A stretch of 64,000 bases of DNA from Tetramitus jugosus (lineage: Eukaryota; Protista; Heterolobosea). The DNA lies in NCBI GenBank assembly GCA_937625935.1, contig OW569388.1:336225-400224 (forward strand), written 5' to 3'. Below, piece after piece: positions 1 through 12,166 of this stretch. Positions within the stretch are counted from its first letter, which is position 1; every line of letters starts with the position of its first letter. The notes below the pieces were generated by a model. It had not been told where the DNA came from and searched no databases. It saw only the letters and a program-made list of their open reading frames with translations. Both the position numbers and the translations under genes were made by a program.

Positions 1-1375
1 CAGAAGGTGATTTACTGCTACTTGTTGTAGAGATCGCTATTGGAGTTGCAATGGTACCTGTATGGGAATGTTGCTGGTGCTGGTGATGCTTTGATCTCAT
101 TTCCATGGTGAGTCGCACTGAGCGTGGAATCTTGTTAATCAACTGGTTCATCGCCTCATGTTCATCCATCACTGTTGTGCCACGTGCTGATGTTGTCGAT
201 GGCGATGGTGGAGACAATCTTGTGCAGTATTGACCCAACAATCGTTGCACATAAGCATTATCATGCTTTGATCCACTGTAGATGCACTTTGGTCTCAGTG
301 CACTCACAAATGAGATCAACTCCGAGTACGAAGAATGCAGACTGTACGCAACACGGTGAATCCATGGATTTCCCTTCTTTTGTTGATTGTTGCTCGTACT
401 CAGAGCAGACACTGACCATCCACTAGGCAATATACCAATAACAGGCAACGAAGGACACGATGTTCGCAACTGTCTCATCTTGGCATACACTTCCTTCTTA
501 CCGACAACAATGACTCGACCTAAACGTTCATCATGAGTAAACACATGAGGTATGCCTGTTCCGGAAGATGATGCTGAAGAACTGGTAGCATCACGTATCG
601 TATTCAACATTCTCAACCGTTCTTCATCCACAACAACAAGACTCTTTAGTTTCAACGCCACAGCAATCAACAATTCTTCCTTGCCTAACGTATCCATTCC
701 AATGACAAACCGAGTCATCAATGCCTTACTCGCATTCATATTGTTGCCAATAGTAGCAGTAGTCGGAGGAGCATATGGTTCCAATATTTGAAGAAGTTGA
801 TTACCAGCGATTCTTCTCGTAGGAAACTCATAGTCCGGATCCAAAAACGTATCATCCAAATACAGTGCATCCAACACTTTATTCTCTCCACCTACTTCAT
901 TTTCACCCTCATCACCCTCATCACCCTCATCATTTTGTTCCTCATCTTGTCCATGTTGACGTGCTAACAATGGTCGAAAGCTTTTCAGTGCAGGATGATC
1001 CAAAATCAAGGGATCAAATCGAAAATCACCCGTATGCAACACACTACCAAAATACCCTTGCATCAAAAACATGCAAGCTCCAGGACAATGATTCGCATCA
1101 ATCAATGTCAATTGCATACTCACTCGATTGTCATTGTCCAGTGGTATACTATGGGATTCATCTTCATCGAGAGCTACGACACAACTTGCATCATTGACTT
1201 GAAACTTGTCCAATAGTAGAGCACGTGTAATACGAGTACAGTAAATCGTACCGTGGTTCCAACTGGGTGTCAATCCAGATGTGTGATCCGAGTGCATGTG
1301 AGTCAATAGGTAAATGTAGACACCTGGGATGTAACGAAATTCATCAATGACAATCGGTGTGTTTGGTATTCGCAT
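1..1375 (-). CDS. DCLRE1B: Apollo/SNM1B-like 5' exonuclease (metallo-beta-lactamase/beta-CASP); 3' end runs off the window
   Basis: Not in the ORF track (no stop inside the window). Manual translation from ATG 1375: MRIPNTPIVIDEF..LLTHMHSDHTSGL..LIDANHCPGACMFLMQGYFGSVLHTGDFR..YSLHSSYSEL. The N-terminus IPxTPIxxD and GYFG motif fit Apollo better than Artemis or SNM1A. Confidence 0.85.
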   Translation of the reverse strand, partial: MRIPNTPIVIDEFRYIPGVYIYLLTHMHSDHTSGLTPSWNHGTIYCTRITRALLLDKFQVNDASCVVALDEDESHSIPLDNDNRVSMQLTLIDANHCPGACMFLMQGYFGSVLHTGDFRFDPLILDHPALKSFRPLLARQHGQDEEQNDEGDEGDEGENEVGGENKVLDALYLDDTFLDPDYEFPTRRIAGNQLLQILEPYAPPTTATIGNNMNASKALMTRFVIGMDTLGKEELLIAVALKLKSLVVVDEERLRMLNTIRDATSSSASSSGTGIPHVFTHDERLGRVIVVGKKEVYAKMRQLRTSCPSLPVIGILPSGWSVSALSTSNNQQKKGNPWIHRVAYSLHSSYSELISFVSALRPKCIYSGSKHDNAYVQRLLGQYCTRLSPPSPSTTSARGTTVMDEHEAMNQLINKIPRSVRLTMEMRSKHHQHQQHSHTGTIATPIAISTTSSSKSPS

Positions 1376-1478
1376 TATGGTGGTGGTCCAATTGTAACGT
1401 TGTGTGAATTGTTGTGTTGGTGGAATCGAGTTCCAGAAAGGAGAGAGAAAAAAGTGGAATTTGAGATTGCCAAAAACT

Positions 1479-1566
1479 AGGCCCCACCGGGGATTGAACC
1501 CGGGACCCCTGGCTATCTGATCGTATTAGATACGAGGCCAGTGCACTACCTCTGTGCTATAAGGCC
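1479..1566 (-). tRNA. tRNA-Thr(CGT) with a 16-nt canonical intron (1515-1530)
   Basis: Reverse complement folds as GGCCTTA-TA-GCAC/GTGC D arm, CTGGC-CT-CGT-A[TCTAATACGATCAGAT]A-GCCAG, CCGGG-TTCAATC-CCCGG, TGGGGCC-T; 72 nt after splicing; T-run terminator just downstream. Confidence 0.93.
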
Positions 1567-1627
1567 GACTTGAATACAATTGTTTTTACAATAAATTAAA
1601 GGAATATTTGGAAAAAAACAAAACGCA

Positions 1628-2987
1628 ATGAAAACAAACGCAAACATTCCATCCTCTCGCGAGGTTCGAGAATATACTCGAGATAGGTATGCGGTGTGGA
1701 CCACATTGAAAAATGGCAGTGGAATTAATAAAAAGGAAGCAGTCATCAAAGGCAGGGAGTGCAACAGGACAGGCCCAGCAATTGCTCGATCGATTGGAAT
1801 GAATTACTCTGAATGGGTGACCAGAGTGCAAGTGATCAAATGGAATAAAGGTCACTTCATTGCATGGGTAAATGTCAAAGGAGACAAAATATATGAGTTT
1901 GTGGATGAATTCAACAAGACTGGAAAGATTTCACACACTGTGGCTTCAATCAAGAGAGGAATGGACTCTGAGAAGAAACTGGTGGTACACAAGATCGAGG
2001 GTAAGACAAAGCTTGAGATAGCCAAAATGATTGGCGAAGACAAGGTGCAACATGTGGATGTAAAGGGCAAAACAGCCTTTGTCACTATGATGACTCAGAC
2101 ATATGCACAGACAGTGATTGGGAATAAACAGCTGAACTCGGATATCTCACCATATATTAACAAGGAACTAGATCCGCACAAGGTCATGGCGAAGAGACTC
2201 CAGAGGACAAAGGAAGGAATGAGCAAGCAGATAGAAAGTCTTGATCAAGAGAGTCAATAAATTGGAGCAACTGGTTGCAGAAGGTAGAGGATATCGCAAA
2301 GGAAAGAATACTGTAAATACAAAGTCAAGTCAGGTGACGACTAGTATTGAACAGCTTGCTGTTGGGCAGTCTCCACAAACAGGTCACACGGAGGATGGAT
2401 CTATGGACAGAATGATAGGTGAGCAATTGGATAATCAGGAAAGAATGCAGGATGAAGGGGACATTGTCCCTTTCGAGTCCACAGTTGAAGCAACAAATAC
2501 CGAAGCACCATCAGAAACACAGTTCGATAGTTCCGAGGAACAGGAGCAACCAGTGAGGATTGAAGAGATGGAAGATTCAAATGACAACTGGGAATCAGTA
2601 TTGTATGAAGAAACCCCCACAACAGTACTAAATGCATGTATTCCCATAACTGCTACCACCAATTCTAGTGAAGGAACTACAATTGGAAGTAACTTGCTAC
2701 AAAGTGAGGAGGAGAAGAAAGAGAGGAGAAGGGAGTGGAGAAGAAGAAGACTCGAGCGCCAATCGAGCATTGAACAATTTCTGACTATGGAACGTCCACC
2801 AGTTACAATAGAGGAGCATACCCCAATTAAGGAGAGTGGTAAAAGGGGTGCACACCATCCTCTCACCGAAAAGACAAAGAAGAAACCCATGCTGTTCACA
2901 CCAGACAAATCAACAGATCGGAATGACGTCAACCAAACGATGGTTGATGAGTCCCCAGAGTCAGTTCAAGAGCAACAACCATGTTGA
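1628..2987 (+). CDS. LINE ORF1 (RRM-like domain, coiled coil, acidic tail), split by a +1 frameshift near 2240
   Basis: ORFs 1628..2260 and 2241..2987; KKLVVHKIEG..KTAFVTM resembles RRM beta1/RNP1; collinear with ORF 6946..7857; its stop overlaps the ORF2 ATG (ATGTTGA). Confidence 0.75.
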
Positions 2988-5900
2988 ATGTTGTATGGTA
3001 CAACATCAACGGCATCAAAGGAAAAGTCACAGATGTCGTTGCTATGATGGAGGCGGAGGAGATAGATATACTCATGCTGCAAGAGGCCACGGGAATTGAC
3101 GATGGGTGGTACAAGAAGATAAGCCGAATGCTCAGTAGAATCAAGTGTGTGTTGATTTGTGACTCACCCAATGTTCAACTGGCAATCATAGTGCGGACAA
3201 CAAGAGTGCCAACATATGGACTACTACACAGTGAGGAACGTCTCCAAGTGATCAGAGTAGTAGTTGATAATACTGTGGTAACACTCGCCAACCACTACGG
3301 ACCGCACGAAAAAGACTCGGAGCACTACGAAAGAATCAAGGATACGATTAGTGGTTTCGCTGTTGAAGGGAAGTTCTTGATCGGAGGTGATCACAATGCA
3401 GTAGCCAAGGCGGAAGACAGAACAGCAAGAAGAGTTGACTGTAACACCGCGCTACTAGTAGCGTCGATGTCACAAAATAACCTAATGGATGTAAACGATG
3501 CATTAGGCGTTGAAAGATATCACACATTCTATAGAAAGGGAACATCGTCTCGCATAGATAGTGTGTGGTGTAACAGAGCGGCGCTGGATATAGTGAGTGA
3601 AGTGAAGATGTTCACTAGGAATGGGGTAAACAGTGACCATGTTCCCACCCTCCTGTCATTGAGATGCGAACCGCAGGTCGCTACTGTTGACGAAAGGGTG
3701 TCATATATGTTCCCGAAGAACAAAAAGGAACAGAGGTGGATACTATACGGCCAAAGTGTAGTGAATGAGTTGGAGAGTCGCAATGTCGAGAACATAAAAG
3801 ATGTGGACAGGCAATGCGATGCGATTACAACCACACTACTGAAGCACGCACAGTCGTTCCGCAAAACTGACAGTTCTAAAATTTGGAGGCACAACAGAGC
3901 AGTTCGTAGGCTTCTACAACGTAGGGCCATACTAATGAAATTTTTGGAAGAGCATGTGTGGAGTTCGAAGCTTGAAGCGCTGTGCATGAATTGTGAAGGT
4001 GGTGCATCTAGATCGGACAAAGTGTTGGAAACTCTCTGTCAAGTTAACAAAGTTCTACACCATACCAGAGCCATGAATGCTGGGAAAAAGTTTCGGAAGT
4101 GGGAATGGGTGGCAAGAACTGCGGAATTCAGCGACCCTTCCAAGTTCTTCTCGGCGGCCTCAGCTAAAAAGAGTTGCAGAATCAGATTGGCAAGAGTCAC
4201 TAAGGAGGGAATGGAACATACTGACCCAGTCACTGTAGGAGAGGTGGCTGCCAAGTATTTCGAACAAGCTTTCAAAAGAGAGGAGGCTGACATGGGGTTC
4301 CTGAGGAATTTGGAATATCATGGTGACAAAAGAAAGATGCGGGAAGCATTCGTCCCATTTGTGACGGAGGAAGTGGTAACTGCAGTAAAATGGCTGCGAA
4401 ACAGGAAATGTCCAGGAGCAGATGGACTGCACAATGAAATGTTCAAACTGCCTCGGACTAAGAAAAGAGACTACAATTTTGCGTTGGCCGAAATCCTGTG
4501 TGGGTTCTTCAACAATGTGACTTCCAGTGGGTGCTTCCCTAAGGCGTGGAAAGAGTGTATCATCATCCGTGCCTACAAGAAAGGGGATGTGACCAACCCG
4601 GAGAATTACCGGCCGATTTGTCTGCTGAGTTCATTGTCCAAACTGTATACCAAGCTGCTTAATATGAGAGTTTCTAAAGCCGCAGAGGTAAGTGGAGTGT
4701 TCACCAACGTGCAAGGTGGAGGGAGGAAATTCCGTGATATTAGAGAGAAACTCTCGATTATCAGAGGGGTGATTGACTCGGCCAACCGGCATGACAAACA
4801 ACTGTATCTGTTGTTAACCGACATCTCTAAAGCCTTCGATTCGGTGCCACATAATGCAATCGAAGCGGTGTATAGGTTCTTTGGTTTCCCGGAAGGAATT
4901 GTAAGACTTGTGAGTGGAATGGTTAGAGACAATTTTGCGCGAGTGCTCACGTCATCCTTGTCACGGAGGTTCCACATAGGTAAGGGAACGAGACAGGGTG
5001 ATTCCCTCTCACCAACAACATATGTGCTGGTACATCAAACAGTGCTGATGTATGTTAACAAAAGAATGGATGGATACAGGGCTATGTCACAAAGGCTGTG
5101 GAATGCTGCATATGTAGATGACTGCAACTTGTTCGCTGAGTCCAGAGCAGACATAGAAAGAGCTACAGAAGCGATGTCCTCAGTTCTCGGATCACTTAGG
5201 ATGACCATGCATCCTGACAAGCTGGAACTGTATGTGAGAAAGTCGGAAGACGACAATTGTCATGACATAGCGGTGAATGATAATTTGGTAAAAGCGCGAA
5301 ATCGGAGAGAAGTGTTCAGAGCTCTAGGTCTGTTCACCAATCTTCAGGGTGATACTAAGAAGCAGCGTGAGCAAGCTTGGCAGAAGGCTCAAAGGGTGGT
5401 TGTCAGGCTGAAGTTGATGAAACTGACATCTAGACAAGTGAGCAGAGTTGTCAACACTTGCATTCACCCGATATTCACATATGCCTCTGAGTTCACAGAC
5501 TGGTCAGCAGAATGGTTTGATAAAGTAAATTTGCTGGGCAGAAGTCTAGTGAGGCATGGATCTACTGCTATGCCGCGATTTCCAGTGGATCTTCTCTCAG
5601 TAGGAGACGAAAAGGGGTTGATGGGCTTGAGGGACATCGAGGAGACCATCGCGACCCGTACTTCGTGGTTCGTGTACTCGATGATAATTGAGGGACACCG
5701 AGGCTAGACAACTGTTTCTTGGCACGCTTGAGGAAATCAAGCAAACACAAACATTCCAAAATGAGAATGTATTCCAGTCAAGAAACAGGCTTGAATTTGT
5801 CAAGCACTCCTTCCTCAAGTGGTGTGCATGCAGAATGCACAAACATGAAATACGTGTCACCAAAACTAATCCCTACTGTGATAGTTGTTGGTTGGCCAGG

Positions 5901-6797
5901 TATGTACCAAGTGCAATTCTCAAGAAGCTCTACAAGGCAGGTATCACAAGCCGTGAGCAACTAATGGTGGACGATCACCCACTGTGTCTGAAGGAATTTA
6001 AGCATATTTTTCCCTCCTGCAAGGTCGGAGCAATGTCGTTTGAGGTGCTGAAAGTGTTAATATCCCAAATGAGTGGGTGTGGATGCGAAGGGAAGAGGTC
6101 TATCGAAGGTGCAGAACCGGACTTGTACAAAGGAAATCTGCATGTGGAAAGTAGATCGCATCTACAGTCGCTGTTTGATCAAGAAAGAAGTGCAAGAATT
6201 GGTGAAGACGAGCGATGTTGGCTACAGAGGGCAGCAAATAACAGTGGTGCAGATTTTAGCTTCCTCAAATACCCCCATGGTATAGACAGGAAGCTGGAAT
6301 GGTTTCATGCACAGGTACGCAGTGGAACACTCCACACAGCAGAAGTTGTACGGTATCTATACAACACTGGTGAGGAACAGATCATGTGCAGCTGGTGTCA
6401 GAGTGAGCCCGAAAGTGTGCTACATTGTTTGATCAGGTGTCCAAGGGCCATTATGATTAGAAGGCAATTGGCTGTGAAAGTGGGGCATGAGCTCAAGAGT
6501 ATGGGAATCCCGGACTCTGCCTACGCCGATGTTTGGTTTGATGAGGTGCGACTGAAGGAAGGAAAGGTTGTGAGGCAACCAATCAAAAAGTCTAGCCGTG
6601 AACTGCTGCAAGGAATGATGGGCATAGAAACGGACGCCATCATGGAGGTCGCTGAGGGTCTTATGTCTGGAGGAATGAAGAAGCCATTGGCACAGAAGAA
6701 AGCCAAAACTTATGTGAATAGTGTCAAGAGGAGATGTCTTAAGACGCTCCACCACCTGTTCACTACGACGAAGGATAAATGTAATCAACGGCAATGA
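2981..6797 (+). CDS. LINE ORF2: AP endonuclease, reverse transcriptase and C-terminal zinc knuckle; +1 frameshift near 5690
   Basis: APE motifs WYNING, LQE, GGDHN, SRIDSVW, SDH; RT motifs KCPGADG, NYRPICL, DISKAFDSV, GTRQGDSLSP, YVDD; CSWC-x8-H-x4-C in ORF 5688..6797. Confidence 0.93.
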
Positions 6798-6945
6798 CGC
6801 TCTCCGAGAATCATTGCCTACCAACTGGTAACTAACCAGGGCCTACGCTCTTCGAGCGTAGGCAAGTGAATAAGCAAGACAATAAAAAGAGCAACCGAAA
6901 TGGTTGTATTTAAAAAAAAAAAAAAAAATTTGGAAAAAAACAACG

Positions 6946-7857
6946 ATGAAAAAACGAACACACACCCCTGTTGTTCGCGAGTATGAGAATCCACGCTATG
7001 CTGTGTGGACCACAGCACCAAGAGGAACTGCTCCAAGCAAGGAGGTCATCATCACTGGAAAGTGTGATGACTCTCCCAAGGCTGCCTTGGCCAAGAAGAT
7101 TGGCTTGGATTTTGGTGATTTGCTCACCAGGGTCCAAGTCATCAAGAAGGGCCCCAAGAGGTTTGTTGCGTGGGTAACTGTTGTTGATGACAACATTTAC
7201 CCATTTGTTGAATCCTTCAACCGCAACAAGAAGATGAGTGGCTGCAAGGCAGCACTCAAGCACAACGTAGATGGTGCCAAGAAGGTCGTCCTCCACGGAG
7301 TTAAAGGTAAGACTGAGGACGACATAAAGGCCATGCTTGGCACAACAAAGGTCAAGAACGTGCTCAAGAAGCACGACACCGCCTTTGTTGTGATGGAGTC
7401 CGAAACGTATGCCGAAGCTTTGCTTCGGAACGTTCAATCCATGCCAGTGGAGGTGGAAGCAAAACGCTTCCTTCCACGCCCACGTGATCCGGTCAAGGCT
7501 GTCAGCAAGAGGCTGACCAAGATGTACCAAGAGCTCCTGGTTGTGGTGGACGACCTGATCCTCGAGCTAGTATTGAACACCTCCGAGGTGTTCAAGAAAG
7601 TCAAGAAAGAGATTGCTGCCCGAGCAATCATGGTGGACCGTGCAAGAAGCACAACCACCGAAGAAGATCCAGTTGAGTTGGATCTCAGTAACTCTGACTG
7701 TGAGTTACAGAGTCCCCAACTCAACGAACACAAGAAGCGATCAGCACGTGTCACCGTTGGTGACACTGCTGCCAACAAGATCCCGGCCAGGTTGGCCAGT
7801 ATCAAGTCAGCTACAATTGAGAGCAGGCAAGCCTGCTCTCACGCAAAAGAAAAATAA
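6946..7857 (+). CDS. LINE ORF1 homologue (copy B)
   Basis: VREYENPRYAVWTT..TRVQVIK..FVAWV..KKVVLH..TAFV aligns with ORF1 of copy A; ATG at 6946. Confidence 0.8.
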   Translation: MKKRTHTPVVREYENPRYAVWTTAPRGTAPSKEVIITGKCDDSPKAALAKKIGLDFGDLLTRVQVIKKGPKRFVAWVTVVDDNIYPFVESFNRNKKMSGCKAALKHNVDGAKKVVLHGVKGKTEDDIKAMLGTTKVKNVLKKHDTAFVVMESETYAEALLRNVQSMPVEVEAKRFLPRPRDPVKAVSKRLTKMYQELLVVVDDLILELVLNTSEVFKKVKKEIAARAIMVDRARSTTTEEDPVELDLSNSDCELQSPQLNEHKKRSARVTVGDTAANKIPARLASIKSATIESRQACSHAKEK

Positions 7858-8070
7858 AAGTTCCGCAACGTGGTGCGTGAGCACCACCCGAGTAAAAATT
7901 TGTCCACCAACATTTGGAAGTTGACACGATAGATGAACCGTCGACTTTTTTTTTCTCCCGTGTCGTTCTCACTTACGATTCGACTTTTAAAAGTTGGCAC
8001 GTCAAATACAAAAAAAAAATGGGTCCAAAAAGAAAAACAAAAAGAAATTGTTTTACCTTGTCATAATCTT

Positions 8071-9412
8071 TTATTGATGACGAGCAATTTTGGCAGGAGG
8101 TTCCACTTCGTCGTCGTCTACATTATCTTCGATAACCTCCTCACTTGAACCTTTCTTCTCAAGGCGCTCCTTGTGAAAGTCTGCCAATGTCTTACCCAAA
8201 GCTTTCGTGATGGAAGCATCATTCGCACCAATGAAGAAGTTGAATGACTTTCGGACACAAGCGCAAATGTTGTTTACCAATTGACGATCCAATCTAATCC
8301 TATCTGTGCCTGTATATCCAGGACGACTGTAAGACACGTTTACCAAATCCAACTGGCAATCGGAGGCGACAATTTCCAAGAAGGCCTTGAGAACCACATT
8401 CGGTTGGGAAAGACTCAACTTGTGGTGTTGCTCGGGAGTTGTTTTGTAAAACTTGTTGTTGAACTTGAACCCAGTTTCAAAGTTCAGTGACTGGCACTTT
8501 TTTTCCCTGAGTCACTTCAGCCATCTTTTCTATCACTGTCTTTTGGGTCTTCATGAACCATGCTTCAAAGACCTTCAAGTTCTCCAGTCTCTCCAGAGCT
8601 TCAACCAATCTTCTTTGTGCATCCTTGCCTCGTTCAAATTCTTCCACCGGTACCGTGACAAACCCACTATCTTGTGTAGGAGGCACCTGATCTGATTGAC
8701 GCAATTGAGGTTCTTGCGTTTGAGTAAGAACCACTGGTGGAGGAGCGATGGTTTGGGAGCTCCCTCTGACATCGAAGAATTCATCCACATGCTTAAAGCG
8801 CTCCCTATCCTCATTAGAACTACTCTTGGTGAATTCATCTTGGTCTACAATGAGAACTTTATCCCAACCGACGACAGAACCAACGCATACCGGCTCTGTC
8901 TCCTCTGGAAGATAAAAATCTGAGGCGAACTGAGCATTAATGAAAATGATGGAGACAGTCACTTTGTCCTCCTGAGTGCTGGGGATGTCACCGCAGATAT
9001 TTGCACTTCCAAAATGCGCTCCATCTGCGCACAGCAGCTCGACACGACTACCGTCTTGCAAGAGTGATGGCTTGAATTTTGTCAGGTTAGTAGTACCTGA
9101 TGAGGAAGTTGCCCCTTTCTTTGTGTTGGCAGATGGTTCGACAGGTAGTTGTCTTACAAAAGGTAGACACTCTACCTTGTACTCCTTGAGTTTCTTGGCC
9201 AAATCGTCATACGAGAGTCCAGTAAACTTTTTTTCATTCTTGTTTTTTTGTATTACTTTGTCCTTTGAGGACAGCCATACATACAGCAGTTGTTTTTTGG
9301 ACAGTTTGCTGTAGTTGTTGTTGGAGTCCTGTGACAAGAAGGTGATGAGAGCTAAACGATCTGCGGACGAAAACTTCTCCACATGAAGAGTTTTGTATGT
9401 TCTAGTGCTCAT
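8071..9412 (-). CDS. Transposon accessory protein (coiled coil and a possible BEN-like C-terminal domain); frameshift at the T7 run 8498-8504
   Basis: ORFs 8477..9412 and 8071..8418 join via an open alternative frame (EKKCQSLNFETGFKFNNKFY..LSLSQPNVVL); head-to-head with the transposase. Confidence 0.6.
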
Positions 9413-9535
9413 GTTTGTTCAATTTAAGTGTGTTTCGTCTTCAAGACAAAGCTCCGACTTCAGCCGCTCGTGGATACAATAAATCACAATTCTCAAAGTT
9501 TCTCACTCAAAAAACCTACAAGCACGTCCATTTAT

Positions 9536-12166
9536 ATGAAATATCGAACGACAAGAACAAGAACTAGGCGACAAGTGTTGTTGAACATGTTGGAAAATCC
9601 AACATATAGCTTTGTTGATCATCAATATGATTGTTGCTCCTCAACAGTCCAAACAACACCCAACACTCCACTGATCACCACTGCCGTGCCCTCTATCCAA
9701 TGCCAAACAACTGATTTTGGTGGTAGTGAACCAATGCTTGGTGATGAAGAGTTCATCGAAGCCAAACTCTCGTCCGTTGATGTAGAAGACTTGGCTCAAG
9801 CTCGACCCGTGCTCGAGATGCAAGAATCAAGGTCAGTCATCGGAGATGATTACACCAATGGAATCTCCACGATTCATAGTGATGATCCACTATGGGATCA
9901 AAAGGTGTGTCTATATCTTCCCATTTCTTTGTATACTGCTTACACTTTGATTTTGTATCTCATGGTCCAACTCAATCTGAGCAAGTCAGGTTTGGAAAAG
10001 TTGTTGACCTTCCTCCAGGCGTTTCTTCCCAAGAACAATGCTCTAGTGACATCCAAGCACAAGTTTTTCAAGTGCCTTGCTCACCACTCAAGAATGAACA
10101 AGATTTACTTTTGTCGCGAGCACAATTTTGTGACGGGCAACAGTGTTTGCAAGCACAATAGGAATTGTGCCATGGAGTATTTCCTTTGGAACAATCCGGT
10201 CCAGCAGTTTGTTGACAGAATGAAAGTGGACAAAGGGTTTTACACTCTCGCCCAGCACTATCGCCTGAGGCATTGTAAATCATCTGATATGATTAGTGAT
10301 GTTTATGACGGTGAAGTTTACAAGAGAATTGCTGCTCCTGTGACAAAAACCAGAGGGGGCTACTCCTTTCTGGTGAATTATGACGGTGCCACAAAGTGGA
10401 AGAGCAGTCTCGTTACTGCCATTCCCATTTTCATGGTGTGCAACGAGCTGCCTTTCAACGAGAGGATGAAGATTGAAAATGTCATCTTCTGTGGCGTGTG
10501 GTTTGGCAAGAACAAGCCAACATCGAACATTTTGTTCTCGGTGCTAGCAACTGAATTGAAGGAGGCTGATCAAGGTATTAGAGGGCAGGATGCACACGGT
10601 AAAGAAGAGTTGTTCCGGCTCCGATGTATCAACTCTTGTTGCGGTCTACCGGCTAAAGCAGGTTTGTTCATGCAACAACAACACGGTGGAAGGGGCGCCT
10701 GTGGATTTTGCAATCACTCTGGTTGCACTATTGATAAGAGGTTTTGTTATCCTCTGTTGAGACGATTCCAAGATTTTGTGTTTGATCACTCCCTGAGAAC
10801 AGAGACTCAAGTGAAAGAAGTGTACAACAAGTATCGAACACTACTCAGTGAAGGAGTGGCTTGGTCTGATCTACCAGTCATCAATGGACACACTGTGGGA
10901 ATGGACAAGTTTTGGAAGTATTGATATTATGCATTTGCTGGAGGGAGTATTCTCCTTGTTGATGAAGCTTTGGACAGAATCCAAGGTATGTGACGTTTCA
11001 TTGTTTACACTCATTCTCCAAGGCACATACTCTTTGTTGACAATCATTCTTCATGGCACTCATGCAGTATAACGACAGATTGGGAGCAAGAGTGAGCAAG
11101 CAGATGTGGGAGTCATTCGATCAATTGCTCCTGCAGCAACAGCTTCCATCTGTGTTTCGACGAAATCTCAGATCAATCATCAAGCATCATCGATATTTTA
11201 AAGCATCAGAGTGTCTTGTGTTCATGCTCTATACATCGAGACTTACAAAACACTTGTTTCCAGCAAACACTCCCTATTTTGACCACCACATGATTCTGGT
11301 CAATGCTCTGTATGACCTGCTTCAACCTGAACTGTCAACGCAACAATTGGATAAAGTACAAATGGAGCTGACACATTATGTGACTCAGTTCCAGGAAGTG
11401 TATGGTGATCGGTATGTTACCTTAAATGTTCATCTTCTTACCCATTTGGTTGACTGTGTGAAGAGGCATGGACCTCTCTGGTGCTACACAGCATTCCCGT
11501 TTGAGAGTTTTAACCGAGTGATTCTTCGATCCATCCACGGAACGTATCGAGTGGATCAAGGTATTTGCGAGGCTATTCCCTTGTTGCAGCATCTCGAAGA
11601 TCGCTTGAACTGCATGACACACAAAGGAACGATGAAAGTGTTACATGCAATGAGTGTAAGTAGTATGTTGTTGTCACTTTGTTCAATGAACTCAACCAAT
11701 TCTTACTTACCCTTGTAGAAGAGACGATTCGGGTCTCGCTCTGATGGTGTTCGGCTGGACGGGGTGCATGTGTTTGGAAGAGTGAAGAAAAAGGAGGAGG
11801 GCTACTACAAGTACATGAGAAAAGACTGGTATTCAATTGATGCGCTGCATGATGTAAGACAAAGGTCGTACAATAACTCCACTGTAAGGTTAAGAGATGG
11901 AAGGTATGTTGACTTGGTGTAGCTGTTTCATTTATTCTTGATCATCTAACTGTCATTGTTAAAGAGTTGTTCAAGTGGTGGGCATTCAAGTGAAAAAGCA
12001 GGAGGGAGTGTGCATCTCATTCAAGGTTTTGATGAATCAAGTGTTTCAAGGTCTTGAGCATTGCCGAGTATCGGCTATCGAAACTCCAGTGATTGTGTTT
12101 TGGAAGCAAGAGAAGGTGATTGGTTGTGTGGATTTGTTGCCCTGGCATGGAGCATTGCTGCGCTAG
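9536..12166 (+). pseudogene. Tnp2/Transposase_21-type transposase with introns, frameshifted near 10915
   Basis: DVYDGEVYK, NYDG, NELPFNERMK, (D>G)LPAK..CGFC, DIMHLLEGV (shifted frame), FKASE, NVHLLTHL..GPLWCYTAFPFES; GTATGT (10986) and GTAAGT (11656) intron donors. Confidence 0.8.

Larger units (their letters stand above)
1613..6928 (+). mobile_element. Full-length non-LTR retrotransposon (L1/Tx1-type, APE-RT-CCHC), copy A, 5' end facing the tRNA 5' end
   Basis: ORF1 + ORF2, ~115-bp 3' UTR, A17 tail at 6912-6928, flanked by the direct repeat ATTTGGAAAAAAACAA (1606-1621 and 6928-6943). The exact 5' end lies between 1613 and 1622. Confidence 0.92.

Noticed and set aside
175-1216. Plus-strand ORFs, including the His-Pro-rich 865..1197
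   Set aside because: Antisense shadows of the minus-strand Apollo gene; the CATCACCCT repeat encodes an acidic loop on the other strand.
1-1375. Functional link between the telomere nuclease Apollo and the nearby telomere
   Set aside because: It is 62 kb away and nothing in the sequence supports more than coincidence.
1660-1675. Internal Pol III B box in the LINE 5' end (GGTTCGAGAAT)
   Set aside because: Lacks the terminal CC of the consensus, is not conserved in copy B, and is explained by VRE codons.
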